Assembly (NCBI GenBank): GCA_019358935.1
Contig: JAHHIK010000014.1
Span: forward strand, 1-64,000
DNA from: Tolypothrix carrinoi HA7290-LM1
Lineage (GTDB): Bacteria > Cyanobacteriota > Cyanobacteriia > Cyanobacteriales > Nostocaceae
Direction: 5' to 3'
Length of the DNA: 64,000 nt
The position numbers were made by a program, and so were the translations under genes. A model generated the notes under the pieces. It made no database searches, was not told where the DNA came from, and worked only from the letters and a program-made list of their open reading frames with translations. Positions 1-9,666 of this stretch are shown one piece after another. Numbering within the stretch: the stretch's first letter is position 1; the number at the start of each line of letters is the position of its first letter.

Positions 1-125
1 TTCCCGGAATCTACTTGATTCATTTCTATCAACAATTCTAAAAAGGGCTGATTTCAGAAATACTTGTTTCTAGTACTAAATTACTACTAATTGGCGATCG
101 CAATGTGCCAGTTGCGTAAGTCCTG
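1..125. mobile_element. Probable right end of an IS/MITE ending in TGCGTAAGTCCTG, inserted in the cheA-like gene; the rest lies outside the window
   Basis: TGCGTAAGTCCT at 113-124 also occurs at 34334-34345. The cheA frame is open downstream but hits TAA at 77-79 upstream. Confidence 0.55.
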
Positions 126-2749
126 ATGAATATAAAAACGCTGATAGCATACCATTAATTCAAACAATACAAAATCAAATTAGTAAGTTAGCAAAAGAAT
201 ATAAAAATTATCCTTCTGTAACTCCTCCAGAAAAAAATTGGCTTGTTCATCAGAAGTTACAAAAACTGTTAGAAATCAAAGAAATATCTACACCTCTTGA
301 ATCAACCGATAACGCATTAGACGCAATATGGGGAGAAGAAATCACCCCTGCTGTAATTGTAACAACGCAAACTGAAGCCGAAACTAACACTTACGAGCCT
401 TCAGAAAATACTGACTTATTAACTGTTAGTCAGCAAGATATTACTGAAGCGATTGTTGAAGTCCTCCCTGATTCAACCACAAGAATTAACAGCCAAATCG
501 AAGAAAAGCCCCAACCTACCCCAACTAAAAATTCTCGGCAACGTTCATTTGTGAGAGTGGATGTAGAGGGACTGCAACGCCTCAATTATCTAGCAGGAGA
601 ATTACTAATTTATCACAAACGCCGGACTTTGCAAGATGAACAACTCACAGAAAAAATTGAACAATTATTTCAGCAACTTAACAGACACCAAACGACTTTA
701 AATGAATTACGCGATTTACCACTACAGTTGCAAAATTTCGCTCGACAAAATCGACAAAATTTTTCAACGGTGGACTTCGACTCTTTGGAAATGGATGAAT
801 ATACAGAATTTAATCTGGTATTGTATTCAGCTTTAGAAGAGACACTGCAACTGCTAGAAACTACAGAATCCCTTGATTTACTGCTCAGACAATCGGTTCA
901 AATTCACGAGAAAAAACAGCGTTTAGCATTAGGTATTATTGATAATCTCGTGGAAGCGCGGATGTTGCCTTTGGGGAATATTTTGGAACGCTTTCCCCAA
1001 ATGGTACAGAATTTGGGGAATGTCTATAGGAAAATTGTAGAATTGAAACTTACTGGCACAGCTGTGTTAGTCGATAAAGCGATCGCCGAAAAGTTATACG
1101 ATCCTTTATTGCACTTGGTACGTAATGCTTTTGACCACGGGATTGAACCTCCGGAAGTTCGACGCGATCGCCAAAAACCCGAACAAGGTGTTATCCGCCT
1201 TCGGCGGAAGGCAGAAGGCAGAGGGCAGAGGGCAGAAGGTATAAATTATGTCTTTGATTCAGCCTTCTGGCTGGAGCCAACTGGGTATAAAACCCCACCG
1301 TCTACACGGTGGATTCAATCGGTTGGGGTTTGAATCCCCATCCGATTGCTCCTTCTGCCTTCTGCCTCCTGCCCTCTGCCTTTCTTCAATGAAATTTGTG
1401 CTTATCATCAAAGTAGTCAAACTATCATTGAAGTTCGCGATGATGGTCAAGGTTTAAATTTAGAAAAAATTCATCAGAAAGCGATTGAATTAGGTCTTAT
1501 ATCCGCTAACGAGAAAGCTAGAGGCTATACTTATAACCAGACTGAATCAGTTCTATTAGAACTGATGTTTTCACCGGGATTTTCCACCGCTGGCAAGGTA
1601 AGTGAAATTTCTGGACGCGGTATGGGATTGGACATTGTACGCTCTCAATTGCTGGCACTTAATGGTTCTATTTCAGTTCAATCATTGCCTAACCAAGGAA
1701 CAACTTTTACACTTAAAATTCCTTTTTCTATGACTACTGACCGATTAATGTTAGTTCAAGCGGGTAGTGCTGTATATGCCTTGCTGTTGGACAGTATCGA
1801 AAAAATCTTGATTCCTTCTAGCGAGCAAATTAAGGAATTTGAAGGCAAAAAAGTCTTGCACTCAAACACAGGCAAGGATGAGCGGATGGTTAGCCTGCGT
1901 AAACTTTCAGAGTTGATAAACTATAATGGTTCATTTGCTAGCGGGAATATATCGCAGAATCACATAACGAATTATGACACAGTAGTAAAGTCTAATCCTG
2001 TACTTTTGCTACGGCGAAATCAAGAAGTTTTGGGTTTAGAAGTTGACCAAATAATTGGTGAACAAGAGTTGGTAATCAGACCTTTAGGAAATGCGATCGC
2101 TCCCCCAAAATATGTTTATGGTTGTAGTAGTTTAGCGAATGGTACTCTCATCTTAGTAATTGATAGTGCGCTGCTGTTACAGTCTGGCGAAATGCAAGCA
2201 ACACTTGATATCATGACGCAGCCAACAGCGCATTTGTTAAAAAAAAAAGCTTTACCTTCAGGTTTAACTGGTTCTACTACACCGCTACTCAATCCATCTG
2301 CTGCAAGCAAGCAGCCTAGTCAATTAGTGCCAAATAACAACTCACTAAAAGTAATTTTAGTAGTAGATGATGCAATTAGTCTCCGCCAAACCCTTTCTCT
2401 CACCTTACAAAAATCTGGCTACCAAGTCTTACAAGCCGAAAATGGTGTAGATGCTTTAGAAAAGTTGCAGCTGCATCCGGAAATTCAAGTTGTAATTTCC
2501 GATTTGGAAATGCTGCGAATGAATGGTTTTGAGTTATTAAGTAATATCCGTCAAAACCCAAAATTGATAAAAAAACCTGTAGTAGTTCTTACTTCTCGCA
2601 GTGCAGAAAAACATCGCCAATTGGCACAAGCATTAGGCGCAAATGCTTACTTGACCAAGCCTTATTTAGAGAATGAGTTTCTCTCTACTGTCGAGAGTTT
2701 AATTAGCAGGAATGTTGATAATTTTACTCAGTTACTTTTGCATAATTAA
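126..2749 (+). pseudogene. CheA-like hybrid chemotaxis histidine kinase (dimerisation, HATPase_c, CheW, REC), interrupted
   Basis: ORFs 551-1333 and 1346-2749 share one frame. Motifs RVDV, HLVRNAFDHGIE, DDGQG, FSPGFST, SGRGMGLDIV and a C-terminal receiver are present. A 195-bp insertion carries TGA at 1331-1333. Confidence 0.85.
1195..1389 (+). mobile_element. 195-bp non-autonomous element, IS200/IS605-like ends, copy 1
   Basis: Matches the reverse complement of 57309-57503. Removing it restores GGT GTT ATT GAA ATT (G-V-I-E-I). It follows TGTTAT, ends in TTCAA and has no TSD. Confidence 0.9.
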
Positions 2750-2820
2750 CATTATGTATAAGCGGAGAGACGTCAATTTTTTTTAAAGTCTTTGCGTGAT
2801 TAATTGTAGATTTGTTTATA

Positions 2821-3070
2821 TTTTATTCCTAGGGTGAAGCGTCATCAAACTTAATTAGAATTACGCCAAAAACCTTGCCAATTCCTTAATTTACGAGTGC
2901 GATAATTCATCAATTATCGCTATAGAAGATATGTTTTGCGCTCCCAACTGTTAATTCAAAGCGCGATCGCGCTTTCTGACAACTAAAATTATTGCCATAC
3001 TTAAACCCGAACCAAACCCCGAATTTTAGGTGGTTCCGAGAAACTAAGTGTAAATTAACCGTGCGGCAGC
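2821..3070 (-). pseudogene. Degenerate duplicate of the potB 3' end
   Basis: Aligns by eye to 7296-7445 (shared AAACTTAATT, AAAGCGCGATCGC, ACAACTAAAATTATTG, CCGAGAAACT) and is interrupted at 2857-2950. Confidence 0.75.
2857..2950. mobile_element. ~90-bp MITE-like dispersed repeat, copy A
   Basis: Imperfect reverse-complement match to 34261-34345. It has the internal palindrome GCGATAATTCATCAATTATCGC and is flanked by TTAATT at 2851-2856 and 2951-2956. Confidence 0.65.
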
Positions 3071-3250
3071 TTATTCATCTAGATGGTTGCGGCTAAGAAA
3101 GCAGTAATTTGTTTACCTCACCCTAGCTGACAGACCTGGAAAGGCTAAATAGACAAGATTTTTCGTCATATATTTAAATTTAAATAATAATATTTATCAT
3201 TAATTATCCCTATAATAATTTTTTACTAAGATTGATAGCGCCAGACAACG

Positions 3251-4268
3251 ATGATGAGAATCATTAAAGACAGTGAGTTTGATGAACTGTGCAAAGCAAG
3301 TTACCAGAAGGGAGAAGCTACCTACTACGAGAATGATTATGAACAAAGCGGTGAAGTACCACCACAGTTTGGAAGAGCAGGTCATCAGTTCATCAAGCTT
3401 CGCCACGGACTCGATATCCAGCGATATTATGGTGAGTTTCGGCAACCGTTAAACCTGGATAGGGAGCATACTGAGTCTATACCCTTGATCTCAAAGTTCT
3501 ATCTGTCAGGCAGTTCTAGAGTACTTTCTCCAGGGTTCAAAGGTGTTGAAGATGACTATGAAGAGATTTCTGGTCATAACTACCTGTACTATCTTCCAGA
3601 TATGCGGGAAATTGAACAGTGGCGTTCAGGACAACAGATTCAGGTCATCATGATCTATATGACACTCGACTGCATCAAGTCGTTTAGTCAAGGTTTAGAA
3701 CCATTCCCCAAAAAGTTGCAGCAATTGCTTGAAGATAAGGAGGTACAGCGTTTTCACCAACCTCTTGGCAGAACAAACCGCGCCATGCAACAGATACTGC
3801 ACCAAATTCTCAGTTGCCCTTATCAAGGATTGATCCGGCAGATGTATCTTGAAGGCAAAGCTTTAGAACTGGTGGCGATCCAGCTAGCGCACTGGAGTGA
3901 AGACGAGAAAAAATACAATACCGTAACCGTTTTGCGACCAGATGACATTGAGCGGTTGCATTACTTCAAAGGATATTTTAATACACAACTTGAACAGTCC
4001 CCCATCCTTATTAGACTTGGCACGACAGGTAGGATTGAACGATCGCAAGCTGAAAGAAGGTTTCCTTTTAGTTTTTGGTACTACTGTCTTTGGGTATCTT
4101 CAGACACATCGTATGCTGCAAGGGAAACAACTTTTGGCAGAGCGATCGCTCTCGGTGGCTGGGGTGGCTCACGCGGTTGGATATACCAGTCCCAGCCGCT
4201 TCTGCGATGCCTTCAAACGACAATTCGGTATCACTCCCAAAGCTTATCAGATTCGCCTGCATTCCTAG
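3251..4268 (+). pseudogene. AraC/PchR-type transcriptional regulator, frameshifted near 3965
   Basis: The N-terminal ORF (YLEGKALEL...DDIERLH) continues in another frame as KDILIHNLNSPPSLLDLARQVGLNDRKLK...VGYTSPSRFCDAFKRQFGITP, an AraC HTH. Confidence 0.8.
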
Positions 4269-4276
4269 TCTTGTGC

Positions 4277-4318
4277 AAAGTCCGGCTCAGGCAAAAAAAA
4301 GTCCGTTTCGGGCAAAAA
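4277..4318 (+). promoter_or_regulatory. Tandem 21-bp direct repeat, candidate AraC-family binding site
   Basis: AAAGTCCGGCTCAGGCAAAAA and AAAGTCCGTTTCGGGCAAAAA lie between the araC-like gene and the TonB receptor. Confidence 0.5.
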
Positions 4319-4411
4319 GTAAATGCTTCCACCACATACACTTCAATATTAAACTAAGTTTTTTGATAATTATTCCTGGCAATATTGCCAGCCAAATTGG
4401 TGTGTAGAGTG

Positions 4412-7048
4412 ATGTGGAAGCAACAGCAATTGCTGATTTTGACCGCGATGGCAGGAGTGCTGATTGCCGAGTCTGCCTGGGCTTGAGAAAGTAGAGATGG
4501 GCTTATTTGTCGTTCTATTACAACAATTTCTCGCCTGCGTGAACTGGATCGTCCTGCTACCACCGTGAAAGAGTGGCTCTCTCAATCTTCCACTCCTGAT
4601 TCTCCAGTCGAGGTAAAAAGTGTACGCCTGAACCAAGTCACTAATGGTATTTAGTTGTTATAGAAACCACTGAGGGGACAAAACTACAAGTTACCACTCT
4701 TACCGAGGGAAATTCAGCGATCGCCACAATTAATGCTGTGTTGGTGCTACCTCAAGGTGATAATATATTTCAACAAGATAAGCCTTTCGTCGGAATTGCT
4801 GCTGTCACAGTGACAAATGTTGAGCCTAACAGTATCCGCGTCACTGTGACGGGTGAAGCAGGTGTGCCAAAAGTTGAGTTGTATGACAGTGACGAAGGTC
4901 TTATCTTCGGGTTTACACCGATTGCATCTGCGACACAAGCAAAACCAACACCACCACAACAGCCGAAGCAACCTTCAGCACAGACTGATGAACCGATTGA
5001 ATTGGTAGTGACGGGTGAGCTTGATGGGTATAGTGTCCAAAATGCGACGACAGGAACCAGAACAGATACCCCGTTGCGTGATATTCCCCAATCAATTCAG
5101 GTAGTTCCTCAGCAGGTACTCCGAGATCAGCAAGCGATCCGACTTGATGAAGCGTTACGCAATGTGTCAGGTGTCACATTCAGTGGCACGACTGGAGGCA
5201 CCGAAGTTGAATTTAATATTCGTGGTTTTGATAACGCTCCAATTCTGCGAGATGGTTTCAGGCAGTATGGTAACGGTGATTATGAGGGAATTCCAGAAAC
5301 GGCAAATCTTGAACGTATTGAAGTTCTCAAGGGTCCTGCTTCAATTTTATATGGCGAGGTTCAACCGGGTGGTGTGATTAATCTGGTGACTAAAAAACCT
5401 TTGTCACAGCCTTTCTACCAAGGAGAACTTCAAGTTGGAAACTATGGTTTAATTCGTCCTAGCCTTGATATTTCTGGTCCTGTGACTTCAGATGGCAGTT
5501 TGCTTTACCGATTAAATGCGTTGTACCAAAAAGGTGAAAGTTTTCGGGATTTTAACACGGATATTGAGCGCTTCTTTGTTTCGCCTGTATTGAGTTGGCA
5601 GATTGGAAAACAGACAGACCTCACCGTTCAATTGCAGTATTACCATGATGAGCGACCGTTAGATAACGGAATTGTTGCGATCGCAAATCGAGTTGCTGAT
5701 GTTCCTCGCGATACTCCTTCCCTTCGGGACGCTCCGCGAACGGAGTCACTTCGTGAACGCATTACTGGTGAACCCGATGACTCTGTTGAAAGCGACTCTA
5801 TAGATGTCGGGTATGATTTGGAACATCGCTTTAGCAAAAACTGGACACTCCGCAATGCATTTCGATATGTCAGTCGGAACTTCTTAAATAAAGGTTTTCT
5901 TCCTTTTGAGTTTGATGAATCCACTGGTGTTGTAACTCGTTACTTTGGTCAGCAAGACATTGACTCTCAAAGGTACTCATTGCAATCTAATTTAGTGGGT
6001 AAATTTGCTACAGGGTCAATACAACACACGCTCTTGTTTGGTGTCGATCTCAACCGCTCTGAATTTAAAGAGTTTACAGGACTTGATTTCTTCACACCAG
6101 CGCTTTTAAACATCTTTGACCCAGTTTATGGGGCTTCTAGACCTTCTCAATTACCGCTTGCCAGAAATACTCAGGATCGCCAAGACAGGTTAGGTGTTTA
6201 TCTACAAGATCAGGTTGCACTTTCTGACAATCTCAAACTGCTGGCAGGTTTGCGTTATGACACCGTAAAACAAACAACAGAAAACAAGCCAACCGATTTC
6301 GATTTAACTCGTTCGGAAACGACTCAAAATGATGATGCACTCACCCCACGTATCGGCATCGTTTATCAGCCGATTCCAGAAGTTTCGCTCTATGCCAATT
6401 ATTCGCGATCGTTTACTCCCAACACTGCTACAACTGTCAATCGCGATCCTTTAGAACCCGAACGCGGTGAAGGTTATGAAGTTGGAGTCAAAGCCGAACT
6501 ACTCAGAGGCAGACTTTCTACAACGTTGGCTTACTTCGACATTACCAAACAAAATGTTGCCTCAACAGACCCTAACTCTCTGTTAGATTCAGTCGCAACG
6601 GGTGAGCAACAAAGCCGAGGCATTGAACTCGATGTTAGGGGACAAATTTTACCAGGATGGAATATTATCGCTGCTTACGCTTACACGGATGCCGAAGTCA
6701 CCGAAGATAAATTCATCGAGATTGGCAACCGATTACCAGGCACTCCTAAACATAGCGCCAGTCTATGGACAACTTATGAGTTTCAACAAAGTTTGCAGGG
6801 ATTAGGCTTTGGCATTGGCTTCAATTACGTTGGAGAACGCCAAGGCGATTTGGACAACAGCTTTCGGGTAGACAGCTACTTCCTCACTAATGCCGCCATA
6901 TATTATCGGCGCAACAATTGGCGGGCAGCCCTCAATTTCAAAAATCTCTTTGACATCAACTATATCCAAGCAGCTTCCAATAGATTGTTTGAAATCGAAA
7001 AGTCGTGAACCCTTCACGGTGATTGGTTCTGTTTCCGTGCAGTTTTAA
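4412..7048 (+). pseudogene. TonB-dependent siderophore receptor (AMIN + plug + barrel), disrupted
   Basis: Signal peptide MWKQQQLLILTAMAGVLIAESAWA is followed by TGA, with further stops or a frameshift near 4650. ORF 4738-7008 has plug motifs (TDTPLRDIPQSIQVV, ERIEVLKGPASILYG). The C-terminal EPFTVIGSVSVQF is in another frame near 7005. Confidence 0.85.
5713..5757. repeat. 45-nt in-frame nested small dispersed repeat splitting a HIP1 site
   Basis: GCGAT|ACTCCTT[CCCTTCGGGACGCTCCGCGAA]CGGAGTCACTTCGTGAA|CGC; removal restores GCGATCGC. Confidence 0.7.
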
Positions 7049-7297
7049 ATTTTACTTATTGCAACTAATGGGCAGCGCTTAGAAACATTTGTCAATCCGT
7101 ATACAGGTAAAGTACTTTCTTTCAAGAATTTGGGAGCGATCGCTTATTGGTTTTCTATATACCCTGCATCACGATTTGTTTGCAGGCAAAGTCGGGCAAA
7201 TTGTCGTGGGCATTACAGGCTTTTTACTTTAGAGCGATAAATCGCTCACTACGACTTATATTTAATTATGTAAACCTACTTAAAAATTGTTTAATTT

Positions 7298-8215
7298 TTA
7301 TCGCTTGGGTGCAGCATCGCCAAACTTAATTAAAAGCGCGATCGCAACACTAACAACTAAAATTATTGTCATACTCAAAGCTGAACCAAAGCCCCAATTT
7401 TGGGTAGAGCCGAGAAACTGATTATAAATCAATCTTGCGGCTGTCATACTCGAAGCACCACCGAGTAATTCTGGGTCAACAAAATCCCCCAATCCGGTAA
7501 TGAATACCAGCATTGAACCAGCAGCAATTCCTGGCAAAGTTTGCGGTACAGTCACTTGCCAAAAAGCTTGCACAGGATTTGCACCTAAATCTGCTGCGGC
7601 TTCTAACAATCGCTTGTCTAGTTTTTCTAAAGAGGCGTATAAAATTAAAACCATGTATGGCAGCAATCCATAACTCATGCCAATTAATACTGCTGAATCC
7701 TGGTTTAATAAATCTAAAGTAGGCAAGCCTAAATTGCTGAGTAAACTATTAAGTAAACCAGTAGGACGGAGAATTGTAATCCAAGCGTAAGAACGAAGTA
7801 AAGAAGAAGTCCATAAAGGTAAGACAAAGCCTAATAAAAGTAGATTTCGCCAGCGCTTAGGTGCTATTTGAGCAATCCAATAAGCGACGGGTAAAGCGAA
7901 AATTAAACAAATTATTGTCGTGGCGATCGCCAAAAAAAGCGATCGCTTAATTACTTGCAGATAAAGTGGGTCAAATATCCGAATATAATTATCAAATCCA
8001 CTCGGATTTACCAAATCTCCCGGTCGAATATCCGGTACTAAACTTAATTCAAAAATTATCAGTGTGGGTAACACCAGCAAAAGTAACAACCAAACGCCAG
8101 ATGGCGCAAGTAATGCCAACGGTTGCAGCCAGTTAAAATTTGAGCGATGCACTTTTGGCAATTGAGCGATATCGCTTGACGAATTTAGTTGAGAACGACG
8201 AGTTTGACTAGACAC
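7298..8215 (-). CDS. potB: Polyamine ABC transporter permease
   Basis: Hydrophobic protein with LPLWTSSLLRSYAW and the EAA motif LLEAAADLGA; sits in an operon with potD and potA. Confidence 0.88.
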   Translation of the reverse strand: MSSQTRRSQLNSSSDIAQLPKVHRSNFNWLQPLALLAPSGVWLLLLLVLPTLIIFELSLVPDIRPGDLVNPSGFDNYIRIFDPLYLQVIKRSLFLAIATTIICLIFALPVAYWIAQIAPKRWRNLLLLGFVLPLWTSSLLRSYAWITILRPTGLLNSLLSNLGLPTLDLLNQDSAVLIGMSYGLLPYMVLILYASLEKLDKRLLEAAADLGANPVQAFWQVTVPQTLPGIAAGSMLVFITGLGDFVDPELLGGASSMTAARLIYNQFLGSTQNWGFGSALSMTIILVVSVAIALLIKFGDAAPKR

Positions 8216-8229
8216 AAAATTGAGGAGCG

Positions 8230-8414
8230 TTGTTAGTTGTTAGTTGTTGGTTGTTAGTTATTAGTTGTTAGTGAGCCAGTGCGTTGGAAAGGCTCTGCCG
8301 ACTTGAAGCACCTGGCGAACCCGAAGGGTTGTTAGTTGTTAGTTGTTAGTTGCTGGTTGTTCCATTAACTCCTAACTCCTAACTCCTAACTACTAACTTA
8401 TAACTCCTAACTAT
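8230..8414. repeat. STRR heptamer arrays (TAGTTGT/TAACTCC) with a structured insert at 8273-8329
   Basis: Visible heptamer tandems interrupted by a GC-rich hairpin unit. Confidence 0.8.
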
Positions 8415-8415
8415 T

Positions 8416-9501
8416 TTACCCGCTAGTTAATTGTGTCCAGTAGCGTTCGTAAACTTCTTCAAATTCTCCTAAAGGAGTCGCGCGTTCGCACTTCTCTAAA
8501 ACCGACTCTGAGGGAAATAAAGTTGCATTGTTCTGTAAACTTTTTGGTAATTGCTCAAATCCGGCGCGATTGGGGGTGGAAATGCTAAAACGTTCACTCA
8601 TTTGTGCGGCTACTTTTGGTTGTAAGAGAAAGTTAATCCAAGCATAAGCTCCATCGATATTCGGGGCTGTTTTGGGAATTACAATTGTATCAGTCCATAA
8701 CGAAGAACCACTGCGGGGAGCTACATATTTAAGTTTAGGATTTTCTTTAGCGATTTTTACCGCATCTGCTGAGTAACACATTGCCAATATTAAATCTCCT
8801 GCCAAGATTTGATTTCGCCATGCATCAGTATCAAAAGCAGCGATCGCCGGTTTGAGAGATTTCAATTTTTCATAAGCTTGTTTGATTTCACTTTCGTTTT
8901 TTGAGTTGAAGGAATAACCCAGCATTTTCAAAGCTGCACCCATCACTTCTCGCACATCATTTAACAATGTCATCCGCTTTGATAATTGCTTTTGATTTTG
9001 CCAAAGATAGTCCCAATCTTCCGGTGGGGGGTTGAGTATTTCGGAATTATAAAGTAAGCCGGTTGTCCCCCAATTGAAGGGGATACTGTAGCGGTTGTTG
9101 GGATCGTAACTGGGATTTTGAAATTGGGGAAACAAATTATCTAAACCAGTCAGGCGATCGCGTTTTATTTCTGCTAACAACCCCAAGTCAACCATCTTCT
9201 GCACCATGTAGTCAGATGGGTAAATCGCGCTGTAAGTACCACCTCCACCAGCTTGCAGTTTAGCTAACATCACATCATTGGAATCATACACATCTGCAAG
9301 CACTTTTACACCAAATTGGTTAGTAAAACTTTGCAGCAATTCTGGATCGGTATATTGTGCCCAGGTGTAAATATACAGTTGGTCACGGGAACCTTTATTG
9401 GTAGAATTAGCTCGCACTTTTGCAAGTCTCCAGCCACAACCAGCCAAAGATAAACTAGAAAGTGCTGTTACTCCTTTTAAAAATTTTCGTCTGTTAGTCA
9501 T
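8416..9501 (-). CDS. potD: Spermidine/putrescine ABC substrate-binding lipoprotein
   Basis: RRKFL...LAGC signal; motifs YTWAQY, YDSNDVM, PSDYMV, WTDTIVIP. Confidence 0.9.
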   Translation of the reverse strand: MTNRRKFLKGVTALSSLSLAGCGWRLAKVRANSTNKGSRDQLYIYTWAQYTDPELLQSFTNQFGVKVLADVYDSNDVMLAKLQAGGGGTYSAIYPSDYMVQKMVDLGLLAEIKRDRLTGLDNLFPQFQNPSYDPNNRYSIPFNWGTTGLLYNSEILNPPPEDWDYLWQNQKQLSKRMTLLNDVREVMGAALKMLGYSFNSKNESEIKQAYEKLKSLKPAIAAFDTDAWRNQILAGDLILAMCYSADAVKIAKENPKLKYVAPRSGSSLWTDTIVIPKTAPNIDGAYAWINFLLQPKVAAQMSERFSISTPNRAGFEQLPKSLQNNATLFPSESVLEKCERATPLGEFEEVYERYWTQLTSG

Positions 9502-9666
9502 GAGGAGCAAAGTTAAAAAAAAGCGGAGTTAGGAATTAAGAGGAGCAAAGTTAAGAGGCGCGGAGACGCGAAATTTAAATTAAAAATTAGAATTAGGGAT
9601 TAGGAATTAGAAATTTTTTTAACTCATAACTCATAACTCCTAACTCCTAACTCCGCTCCTCATAAC

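Noticed and set aside
1195..1389. 195-bp insert as a group I/II intron or IStron
   Set aside because: It is too short, has no GUGYG/AY ends or group I core that I can recognise, and ends in A rather than the group I terminal G.
1248..1457. ORFs 1248-1457, 1259-1450, 57187-57450 and 57206-57439
   Set aside because: These are incidental frames across the 195-bp element that run into different flanks in the two copies.
7050..7297. Missing potC after potB as a deletion
   Set aside because: As I recall, a potADB cluster with potC elsewhere also occurs in Anabaena, and no potC remnant is visible.
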